Assembly: GCA_963843575.1 (NCBI GenBank)
Contig: CAWJKZ010000010.1
Span: forward strand, 64,001-128,000
Source of the DNA: an uncultured Acidobacteriota bacterium
GTDB lineage: Bacteria; Acidobacteriota; UBA6911
Direction: 5' to 3'
DNA: 64,000 nucleotides
Shown: piece by piece, positions 56,041-64,000 of the stretch
How the letters are laid out: each line of letters begins with the position of its first letter
How positions within the stretch are numbered: position 1 is the stretch's first letter
Translations under genes and position numbers: made by a program
The notes under the pieces: generated by a model
Databases searched by the model: none
What the model saw: only the letters and a program-made list of their open reading frames with translations
What the model was told of the DNA's origin: nothing

Positions 56041-58590
56041 TCAGGGGACAGGGGTCTGGACCAGCGGCGGGACGGAGGTCAGGAACTCCGAGCGCGAACT
56101 GCCGAAGACCTCGAACACCATGATCGGGAGGTCGCTCGTGACGATGACGAACCCTGTGCTCGCCTTTGCCTGCAGGGCCGGGATCAGCTGACCCAGGGTG
56201 GCGGAGAGCCGGGCATTCCTCTCCAGCAGCACGTTGCTCTTGCCAAGGGAGACGTTCGTCGGCGAGAACGCCTCCACCTCGATGTTGGCGAAGGTACGGT
56301 TCGGGTTGAACAACGCCAGCCCCGTGTAATACTGCCCCTTGGCGGATTCGTCGAACGCCCCTTCGGCGAAATGCACCATCGCAAACCGGGTGCCCTTGGC
56401 GGCCACGAGGCTCCCGGTCGCCAGGTACCTGCCGTCGCGCGCGTCGCCGTAGAGCAAGCTGACGATCAGCCCGGGTTTCTCCGATTCCATGTGCAGCGTC
56501 CCCTGGTAGAGCGCCGGGTCCTTTAGTGGATCGGGGAATCCGAGGATCGCGTCGGCGCCCCCCGAGATCGATTCGTAGGGCTGCAGCGTACGTTCCGTCG
56601 GTTCCGCCTCGGGAGGAACGACCTCGCCTCGATCGTCCGTCACCCTGGCCGTGAATTTGACCGGGTCGGTGGTGACGTTCGTTATCGACAGGTTGGATAA
56701 GATCGGCGTGTCGAGTTTGCCGGCACCGCCGCTGGCAAACTGCACGGCATCGAACGTGGTTTCCGGATCGCCCCGGAAAGCCGCGGGGATCAGTGCAATC
56801 GAGTCGCCGATCCTGACGATCTCCAGGCCCTTGAGCTCCACGTCGGAATTGATCTCGAGGTACCCGCTCGCCAGCGGGTAGAAGGCGGTGGGGACCAGCT
56901 GAGATATCGGTTTGCGCACGCGGGCGTGCGCGGGCAACTTCAGGTTGAGGTACGCGATCATCGCGCCCGGGCCTTCGAGCGTCTTGGCGAACATCCGCAC
57001 CGTCATAGACGCTTCTATCTCGTTCGGGTTCAGCAGCGCGATCTCGGTCGTGGTCTGGGAGCCATACGCGGAAACTCCTTCGGTGATGCGCCCGAATCCC
57101 AGCAGTTTGCCCACGCGGGAGTCGGCGATGAAGCCGTCGAGCCGGGTGAGGTTGTTGGTGCCTGTCATGTAGAGGACGGTGACGCCGGCGCCGAGCGTGT
57201 AGGCTTCGATGTAGCCCTCGAAGTCACGGCTCGGGTCGAGGCCGAAAATCTGCCAGGCGACCAGGGACACCTGCTGGCTCGGCGGGACGGTGATGATGCG
57301 TGGATTGGTGGCGCCCGGGATCAGGGCACCCGCGTTGTCCTTGGCGATGAGCGCGACGTTCGCCCCCTCGGTGCCGAAGTTAGCCATCGCCAGTCCGGAG
57401 TAGACGGTCGCCGACTGGGTCAGGTCGGGGATGAGCAGGGTCGTGGGGCTGAGGGCGATCAAGCTCAAGGTGTTGCCGCCAAGGTCGAGCGAGGTCAGCG
57501 CGGTGCCGTCGCTCGTGAGGCCGAGCCGCACCGGGTTCGCCAAAGTGGAGATGCGCTTGCGCACCGCGGCATTCTCGACGTCGTAGGCGATGATGTCGTT
57601 CGTGCCGGCCGCAGGGATGTAGAGGGTGTGGCTGTCGGGACTGAAGACGGGCACCGTCTCGGTGGTGGGTTCGAATCCGGGGAACGCCAGGCTCTTCACC
57701 GGGAGCGCCTCGGGCAAGCTCATGAGCTCGAGGGTCTTGCTCAGGACGTTGACCACCGCGAGCCAGCGACCGTTGGGTGAGGCGACCAGCCTGGCCGGCC
57801 CTTTCCCGCCCAGCATCGCACGGCTCCCCGGGATCTTGCTCTTCAGGTCGTAAGTGAGGATCCGGTTGTCGCCGTACGAACCGACAAAGAAGTAGTCGCC
57901 GTTGACGGTCGACTGCACGTTGTTGAATGGCTCGGTCTGCGCTCCGCCGAAAACCGGGTTGTCGATGATCCCGATCGTAACCGTATCGATGATCCAGATG
58001 CTCTCCAGGTCGTCGGACTTCTTGCCGCTGCAGAGGACTGCGATGTGCTGGCCGTTGGGGAGCAGCGTCAGGATGTTCGGGTTCTTGTCGACGTGTATGA
58101 AACGATCCAGCTCCCCGGTTAGGGTGGTGAACACCGCGACCTGGTTGCGCGACGGGTCCGCGACGTAGAAGTTGATCCCGTCGCGGCTCATCACGATGTT
58201 GTTGCGGAAAGTGAAACCCGAGGGTTGATAACCGACGCCCTCGGGGATGCGCAGTTCCATCGTTTCCGCGTTGACGACGTAGAACCTCTGGGTGGTTACC
58301 CCGAGCACGACCAGCGTCCTCTCGTCCCGGCTGAGGGCCAGCGGTCCCACACCGGGAGGGAGCGAGAGCGAGCCGAGTATGGCGCCGGTCGTCCCCTTAA
58401 ATTTCTGGACCAGCCCCGAACCCGGGTTGGTCAGGAAGCCGACGTCCCCGGTCGACTTGAAGACTACGGTGGTGGAGTTGTCCAGGGTACCGGGCTGCCC
58501 CGGGACCTGCGCCAGTCGCACCTGAGCCGAAGCCAGCGCTGCAGACATTACCAAGGAAAGGGCTGCAATGGTGAATCGTGTCCTGATCAT
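56041..58590 (-). CDS. secreted YncE/YVTN-like beta-propeller protein with repeated C-terminal beta-sandwich domains
   Basis: Signal peptide. Propeller blades (SRDGINFYVAD, SPNGRWLAVVN, SPDSHTLY). Repeated SGLAMANF, EIALLNPN and TGLALFNPN modules. Confidence 0.78.
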   Translation of the reverse strand: MIRTRFTIAALSLVMSAALASAQVRLAQVPGQPGTLDNSTTVVFKSTGDVGFLTNPGSGLVQKFKGTTGAILGSLSLPPGVGPLALSRDERTLVVLGVTTQRFYVVNAETMELRIPEGVGYQPSGFTFRNNIVMSRDGINFYVADPSRNQVAVFTTLTGELDRFIHVDKNPNILTLLPNGQHIAVLCSGKKSDDLESIWIIDTVTIGIIDNPVFGGAQTEPFNNVQSTVNGDYFFVGSYGDNRILTYDLKSKIPGSRAMLGGKGPARLVASPNGRWLAVVNVLSKTLELMSLPEALPVKSLAFPGFEPTTETVPVFSPDSHTLYIPAAGTNDIIAYDVENAAVRKRISTLANPVRLGLTSDGTALTSLDLGGNTLSLIALSPTTLLIPDLTQSATVYSGLAMANFGTEGANVALIAKDNAGALIPGATNPRIITVPPSQQVSLVAWQIFGLDPSRDFEGYIEAYTLGAGVTVLYMTGTNNLTRLDGFIADSRVGKLLGFGRITEGVSAYGSQTTTEIALLNPNEIEASMTVRMFAKTLEGPGAMIAYLNLKLPAHARVRKPISQLVPTAFYPLASGYLEINSDVELKGLEIVRIGDSIALIPAAFRGDPETTFDAVQFASGGAGKLDTPILSNLSITNVTTDPVKFTARVTDDRGEVVPPEAEPTERTLQPYESISGGADAILGFPDPLKDPALYQGTLHMESEKPGLIVSLLYGDARDGRYLATGSLVAAKGTRFAMVHFAEGAFDESAKGQYYTGLALFNPNRTFANIEVEAFSPTNVSLGKSNVLLERNARLSATLGQLIPALQAKASTGFVIVTSDLPIMVFEVFGSSRSEFLTSVPPLVQTPVP

Positions 58591-58681
58591 AGCTCCTCGA
58601 ATCGAACTCGATGGAAAACCCGGGCTCTCGAACTGCGCGGCAGACCGCAGGGCCGCACGGATTACGACTTGCCGGGCGGGG

Positions 58682-59290
58682 TTAGCCGGCTCCGGCGTTG
58701 CGCGACTCGCCGCGCTCGGGCGGCGCGGCCGCGATGGGCTCGAAGCAGCGGCGGCAACGGGCCTCGTAAATGTCGGAAGCCCCGACGATCACCCGCTCCT
58801 CGCTTGCGATGAGCCGTTGCGTGTGATTGGCCGGGTTGCCGCAACGCATGCAGATGGCCAGCGTCTTGGTGATGTACTCCGCGATCGAAAGAAGCTGCGG
58901 CATGGGCTCGAAGGGACGCCCCATGAAATCCTGGTCCAGCCCTGCCACGATGACCCGCTTGCCCATGTCCGCCAGCGTGTTGCAGACGGCGACAATCTCT
59001 TTGTCGAAGAACTGCGCCTCGTCGATGCCGACGACCTCGGTGCGCAGGTCCGTGTGCTGCAGTACCTCCTGGGCGGTGCTCACGACCTGCGAGGGCATTT
59101 TCTGCTCGCTGTGCGACACGATATGGTCCTGGGAAAAACGCGCATCGATGCTCGGTTTGAAGATCTGCACCCGCTGGCGGGCGATCTGCGCGCGGCGCAG
59201 CCGACGGATCAGTTCCTCGCTCTTTCCGCTGAACATGCTGCCGCAGATCACTTCGATCCATCCGACGTTGCCGCGAATCTGGCTGTCCAT
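58682..59290 (-). CDS. tdk: thymidine kinase
   Basis: [37 protein letters not shown]. Confidence 0.97.
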   Translation of the reverse strand: MDSQIRGNVGWIEVICGSMFSGKSEELIRRLRRAQIARQRVQIFKPSIDARFSQDHIVSHSEQKMPSQVVSTAQEVLQHTDLRTEVVGIDEAQFFDKEIVAVCNTLADMGKRVIVAGLDQDFMGRPFEPMPQLLSIAEYITKTLAICMRCGNPANHTQRLIASEERVIVGASDIYEARCRRCFEPIAAAPPERGESRNAGAG

Positions 59291-59369
59291 AGCTTACGCG
59301 AACGGCAGGGCATCAGGCTGTCCCAGACAAGCTCTGCGTCCTTCGCCTCCCATCAAGTCTCGTACGTGC

Positions 59370-59816
59370 TCACGACCTGAACAGTGCTTCGAGCTCCTCG
59401 AAAGTGGCGTATATCCCTGAGCAGCAACCCAGGACCCAGCCGCTGATCGACGGCAGGGGGAGCGGGGTGACCATGTACACGGGGATCCCGCGGCAGCGCG
59501 CCCAGGTCAACTCAGCCGAGGTGCCGCCTCCGCGGGCGGCGTTTTGATCCCAGTAGCACACCACGCAATCGGCGCGCGAGACCACGTCGAGGTCGAAGTC
59601 AATGATCTTCCGCACCGCCGATTGGAACCTGGGCAAGTCCGTCGTCTTCCAGGCCCTCAGGTTCAGCTGCTCTTCCTCGGTCAGGGATTTGCGCTCGTCC
59701 TCGGCGGGATCGTAGACGTCGTGCCCCAACCCCCTGAGGAACGCGGCGAAATCGCGCCGCCAGCCGCGCCCGAGATCCGGCGCGTACTCGATTGCCCCGG
59801 CGAGGTACGCCAGCAT
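59370..59816 (-). CDS. nucleoside 2-deoxyribosyltransferase-like protein
   Basis: YLAGAIE, VYDP, FDLDVVSRADCVV, GGTSAEL, GIPV. Confidence 0.8.
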   Translation of the reverse strand: MLAYLAGAIEYAPDLGRGWRRDFAAFLRGLGHDVYDPAEDERKSLTEEEQLNLRAWKTTDLPRFQSAVRKIIDFDLDVVSRADCVVCYWDQNAARGGGTSAELTWARCRGIPVYMVTPLPLPSISGWVLGCCSGIYATFEELEALFRS

Positions 59817-59824
59817 AGTGCAGC

Positions 59825-60286
59825 CTACAAGGGGCGTTCAAGCCGTTGGCGGACGGCCGCATTCACCTTCTTGCCGTCGACCAGCTTGCCCGCAAAGCGC
59901 GCCATGCACAGCTTCATGACCGCGCCCATGTCTTTCGGAGAGGACACGCCGGTCTCGCGGACGACCTCGTCGACCACGCGGGAGATCTCCTCGTCGGAGG
60001 CACCCGCCGGCAGGTATTCCTCGATGACCTTGATCTCGACCGACTCCTTCTCGGCCAGATCGGTACGCCCGCCCCGCGTGAACTGCTCTATGGAGTCCTT
60101 GCGCTGCTTGATCAGGGTCGAGAGCACCTGGATCACCTGCCCGTCGTCCAACTCCGCGCGCACCGGCAGCGCGATTTCCCTGTTGAGCACCGCCGCCTTC
60201 ATCATGCGCAGCACCGACAGGCGGTCGGCGGCCTTCGCCTTCATCGCGGCGGTGAGGTCCGCGTTGATCTTGTCCCTTAGTCGCAT
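59825..60286 (-). CDS. GatB/YqeY domain protein
   Basis: AMKAK, LRMMKAA, KQRKDSIEQF, EYLP, KDMGAVMK. Confidence 0.95.
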   Translation of the reverse strand: MRLRDKINADLTAAMKAKAADRLSVLRMMKAAVLNREIALPVRAELDDGQVIQVLSTLIKQRKDSIEQFTRGGRTDLAEKESVEIKVIEEYLPAGASDEEISRVVDEVVRETGVSSPKDMGAVMKLCMARFAGKLVDGKKVNAAVRQRLERPL

Positions 60287-60317
60287 AGTCTCCCGCAGAG
60301 CGTGTGTGAACCGCTTA

Positions 60318-61121
60318 TTATGACAGCCTTGTCAAGGAATCCACTTTTCGGATGACCGAGAGCATCTGGTCGTGAATGAGGCCGTTCGAGACGAGGCATT
60401 GACGGTCGTGAATGGAGCCCTCGACCCCGCCCAGGTTCGTGACCCTGCCGCCGGCCTCGCGCACCAGGAGATACCCCGCGGCGCAGTCCCACGGGCTCAG
60501 CTTGAGTTCCCAGAACCCGTCCAGGCGCCCTGCGGCGACATAGCAGAAGTCGAGGGCCGCCGAACCGGCCCGCCGCAACCCGCGGGCCTGCCGCGCGAAC
60601 TCGGCGAAGTACTCGAGATTCGTCTCCTTGCTCGTGCGGATGTCGTACGGGAATCCGGTCGCGAGGAGACCCGACCCGAGCCGATCGGTGCCGGAAACCC
60701 GGATGGGAGCGTTGTTCAGGCACGCACCCGCCCCGCGCCGGGCGGTGAAGACCTCGTCGAGGTTCGGGTTGTAGACCACGCCCCACTCGAGCCGGCCCTC
60801 GATCTCCAGACCGATGGACACCGCGAACGCCGGAAAACCGTGCGCATAATTGGTCGTGCCGTCCAGCGGATCGATGACCCACGTGCAGGGTCCCGGCCGG
60901 GTGTCGGAGTATTTCTCCTCGGCCAGGATGCTGTGTCCGGGGAATGCCGCGCGGAGGCGCTCCACGATCAGCTCCTCAGCAGCCACGTCCACCTCGGTGA
61001 CGAGGTTGGTCTCCCCCTTGTGGGCTACGGCGAAACCGGTCCTAAACCTCTCCATCAGGAGCTTCCCGGCAGCCAGTGCGGCAGCCGTCCCCACTTCGGT
61101 GACCCGATCGAAAGAAATCAT
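60318..61121 (-). CDS. suhB: inositol monophosphatase family protein
   Basis: LVTEVD, LAEE, WVIDPLDGTTNY, GSAALD, WDCAAG. Confidence 0.92.
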   Translation of the reverse strand: MISFDRVTEVGTAAALAAGKLLMERFRTGFAVAHKGETNLVTEVDVAAEELIVERLRAAFPGHSILAEEKYSDTRPGPCTWVIDPLDGTTNYAHGFPAFAVSIGLEIEGRLEWGVVYNPNLDEVFTARRGAGACLNNAPIRVSGTDRLGSGLLATGFPYDIRTSKETNLEYFAEFARQARGLRRAGSAALDFCYVAAGRLDGFWELKLSPWDCAAGYLLVREAGGRVTNLGGVEGSIHDRQCLVSNGLIHDQMLSVIRKVDSLTRLS

Positions 61122-61210
61122 GTCAGATGTTCCCGGCAAGGCAGGCCGCCGCCCCGGCAGACGCGATGCCCATGGCCGTGGTAGTCCGGGGCAGGTCCGG
61201 GATTCCCGGC

Positions 61211-61906
61211 CTACCTCTCGTCGAGCTTCACGACCTCCACGCCCCTGGGCACCTTGAACTGGAACAGCTTGCCATCGACGCGGATGTTTGCGGCCAGATC
61301 CGTGAGGATGAACTCCGAAGTGTTGCCCGTCAGTTCGTGGATGACGATGCGGCGGATCTCGGAGCTGAGCCCGTCGACTTCCAACACCAGGTGCGCGTAG
61401 TCGCCCTGGGCGCGCGGCACCAACCGCAGGACTCTCGCGCCCCGCTCCCCGGGCCCGGATTCTGTCTCCCAGGAGACGGCGAAGCTTCCGGCGATGTCTC
61501 CCTGGCCGAGCAGGAACTGCAGGGGCGTGCCGTGCAGTTCCGCGGGGCTGTACCTCTGCACCATCACCTGCCGTTCCCCGGGCGTGTACAGGTAGCTCTC
61601 CCGGCCGTCGGCGATGAACAGCTTGGCCTCGGGCGACTTGTACTCCCAGCGCATCAGCCCGGGCTTCTTCATCCAGAAGGCACCCGACTCGGACTGTTCG
61701 ATCCCGGGCGCGCGGTAGTTCTGCCGGAAGTTCCCGCGGATCGTGCTCACCGAACCGTAGCGCTTCTGCAGGGAGGCCACGACGGACCGAAGCCCATCGT
61801 CTTCGCCATACCCCGCCAGTGTATAAAGACAAACGGCGAGCAGGATGTCAGAAGTGAAGACCGTCCATCGTCTGAGGCGCGAATTGTATGAGTACCGGTT
61901 TGCCAA
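61211..61906 (-). CDS. lolA: outer-membrane lipoprotein carrier LolA; start uncertain (TTG 61906)
   Basis: GNFRQ, KKPGLMRWEY, FIADG, TPLQFL, FQFKVPRGVEV. Confidence 0.88.
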   Translation of the reverse strand: MANRYSYNSRLRRWTVFTSDILLAVCLYTLAGYGEDDGLRSVVASLQKRYGSVSTIRGNFRQNYRAPGIEQSESGAFWMKKPGLMRWEYKSPEAKLFIADGRESYLYTPGERQVMVQRYSPAELHGTPLQFLLGQGDIAGSFAVSWETESGPGERGARVLRLVPRAQGDYAHLVLEVDGLSSEIRRIVIHELTGNTSEFILTDLAANIRVDGKLFQFKVPRGVEVVKLDER

Positions 61907-61908
61907 GG

Positions 61909-62403
61909 TTATTGACTCTGCAGCTCTTCTTCCAGCTCCGGATTCTTGACCGTATCGATCAAGAGCAGGGCGATTCCGATGCTGATCGCCGAATCGGCGA
62001 CGTTGAACGTGGGCCAGTAGAACGTCTCGCTGTAATGGAACTCGATGAAGTCGACCACGAACCCGTGCACCACCCTGTCGGCGAAATTGCCCAGGATGCC
62101 GCCCATCGTGATGGCGAGAGCCACCTGCAGCAACACCCGGTGGTTCGGCATGCGGGTGCTGTACACGAGGATGACCGCCACGGCCACCACCGCCATGGCG
62201 GCCAGCACGTACGGCTTCCAGACCGACTGAAAATCGGCGAACAGGCCGAAAGCGACGCCGGTGTTGCGCACGTAGGAGAGGCGGAGCAGATTCGGGACGA
62301 GCTCGATCGCTTCGTGGAGGTCCATGCGGGAGCGAACCAGCCACTTGGTGAGGTGATCGAGGATCAGGACCCCCGCGGCCAGGAGATAGAATCTGCTTTT
62401 CAT
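61909..62403 (-). CDS. lspA: signal peptidase II
   Basis: DHLTK, NTGVAFG, GNFADR, VVDFI, FNVADSAI. Confidence 0.96.
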   Translation of the reverse strand: MKSRFYLLAAGVLILDHLTKWLVRSRMDLHEAIELVPNLLRLSYVRNTGVAFGLFADFQSVWKPYVLAAMAVVAVAVILVYSTRMPNHRVLLQVALAITMGGILGNFADRVVHGFVVDFIEFHYSETFYWPTFNVADSAISIGIALLLIDTVKNPELEEELQSQ

Positions 62404-62423
62404 TGAAGACCGGTCCGGCTCGC

Positions 62424-64000
62424 TCAAGCCGTTTCCCTGACAATGGGCAAACAGCGTTCGCAGAGGATGGGGATGTCAGGGTCGCTGCCGACCTGGACGG
62501 AATAGTTCCAGCAGCGCTCGCACTTTTCGCCTTCGGCGGGGGAGACCGTCGATCGCAGCGGGGCGTCGTTCCCGGCGGCTTCCTCGACGTGCACCTGAGA
62601 CACGATGAAAATATACCTCAGATCGTCCGCATGACGCCGGAGCAATGCGGCCGTGTCGGGCCCGGAGGAAACCGTGACCTGCGCGTCCAGGGAGTTGCCG
62701 ATCGCGCGAGTCTGGCGCACCTCCTCGAGCGATTTCGAAACCACCTCTCTGACCTGCATGAGCTGGTCCCACTCGCGCAGCAGGTCGTCCCGGTCGTGAG
62801 CCGGGTTGTACTCGGGAAACAGTAGCGTGTGCACCGATTCGGCGCTGGGCCCGGGCTGCCCGCCCTGGTGCAATGACCGATACACTTCCTCAGCCGTAAA
62901 CGGGAGGATGGGGGCCATCAGGCGCATCACAGCATCCAGGATGTGCCGGAGCGCGGTCTGGGCCGAGCGCCGGGCGAGGGAGCGGGTGCCGGACGTGTAA
63001 AGCCGGTCCTTAAGGACATCGAAGTAAAACGCGGACATGTCGACCGTACAGAAGTTGTAGAGGGCCGTATACGCTTGCTGGAACTGGTAGTCTTCATATC
63101 CTTTGACGCATTTCTGGACGAGGCGCGCGGTCTTGGCCAGGGCCCAGCGATCGATCTCCAGCATTTCCTCGTAGGGGACGCCGTCGCGGGCCGGATCGAA
63201 CTGCGGGCGCGCCTTGTCGAGCTGATTGCTCAGGTTACCCAGCATGAAACGGCAGGTGTTGCGGATCTTCCGGTAAGCTTCCCCGAGACGGTCGAGCAGC
63301 TCGTCGAAGATGCGGACGTCCTCGACGTAGCTGACCGAACTGATCAGCAGGCGCGCGACCTCCGCGCCACGCTTGTCCACCAACTCGTTCGGGTCGATGC
63401 CGATCCCCTTGGACTTGGACATGGCGCGACCCAGTTCGTCCAGCATCCACCCGTGCGTGATCGACGCCCTGTACGGGGCGGTCCCGCAGAGGGCGACCCC
63501 GATCAGGAGGGAGCTCTGGAACCAGCCTCGGTACTGGTCGCCCCCCTCGATGTACAGGTCGGCGGGCCAGGGCAGGTCGGGACGCTTGCCGAGCGTCGCG
63601 AGGTGGCTGCTCCCCGAGTCGAACCACACGTCGAGGATGTCAAACTCCTTGCGGAAGTCGGTCCCGCCGCACTTGGCGCAGGCGGTCCCGGCCGGGACCA
63701 GTTCCCTGGATTCCCGTGCGTACCACGCGTCGGCGCCCTCGACGTCGAAAATCGAGGCGACGTGTTCGATGACTTTCCTGTCCAGAAGCGCCTCGCCGCA
63801 ACCCGCACAGTAGAAGGCAACAATAGGCACGCCCCAGTCGCGCTGGCGCGAGATACACCAGTCGGGGCGGTCGCGCACCATGTTCCCGATGCGCTCCTCG
63901 CCCCAGGACGGGATCCAACGGACCTTCCGGATCGCGTCGAGCACTCTCTGGCGATAGCCGGCGTGGTCGAGCGAGATAAACCACTGGGGCGTGGCACGAA
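62424..64000 (-). CDS. ileS: isoleucine--tRNA ligase, 5' partial
   Basis: DWCISRQRDWG, DVWFDSG, EGGDQYRGWF, AMSKS, C-terminal CERC...CERC zinc finger. Confidence 0.97.
   Translation of the reverse strand, partial: RATPQWFISLDHAGYRQRVLDAIRKVRWIPSWGEERIGNMVRDRPDWCISRQRDWGVPIVAFYCAGCGEALLDRKVIEHVASIFDVEGADAWYARESRELVPAGTACAKCGGTDFRKEFDILDVWFDSGSSHLATLGKRPDLPWPADLYIEGGDQYRGWFQSSLLIGVALCGTAPYRASITHGWMLDELGRAMSKSKGIGIDPNELVDKRGAEVARLLISSVSYVEDVRIFDELLDRLGEAYRKIRNTCRFMLGNLSNQLDKARPQFDPARDGVPYEEMLEIDRWALAKTARLVQKCVKGYEDYQFQQAYTALYNFCTVDMSAFYFDVLKDRLYTSGTRSLARRSAQTALRHILDAVMRLMAPILPFTAEEVYRSLHQGGQPGPSAESVHTLLFPEYNPAHDRDDLLREWDQLMQVREVVSKSLEEVRQTRAIGNSLDAQVTVSSGPDTAALLRRHADDLRYIFIVSQVHVEEAAGNDAPLRSTVSPAEGEKCERCWNYSVQVGSDPDIPILCERCLPIVRETA

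Noticed and set aside
63411-63425. IleRS KMSKS motif reads AMSKS
   Set aside because: The first position of the motif is variable and the catalytic second Lys is retained.

Overview
GC-rich bacterial chromosomal segment of about 56 genes. Gene style suggests Acidobacteriota (inference). Most of it is housekeeping or metabolic: coaX, manC, argG, bshC, a pentose isomerase-araB-araD operon, a class A PBP-like protein, korAB, lon, uvrC, tdk, suhB, lolA, lspA and partial ileS. I found no rRNA, tRNA, CRISPR array, cas gene, transposase, integrase or prophage. Single-base frameshifts cluster in the first 3 kb, with one more in araD; these are probably assembly indels. Main candidates for follow-up: (1) a stand-alone long CorA-like membrane protein resembling the SAM-AMP-responsive type III CRISPR CorA effectors, with no cas genes or nucleases nearby; (2) a 267-bp MITE-like element with 32-bp terminal inverted repeats, carrying two oppositely oriented bulged hairpins with compensatory base changes; (3) a plant-type glucuronokinase-like gene translationally coupled to a GalU-like pyrophosphorylase; (4) a membrane Hanks-type pseudokinase; (5) a rearranged emfourin / thioredoxin-like / protealysin locus; (6) two families of dispersed intergenic palindromic repeats. 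All family calls come from motif recognition; no database searches were run.
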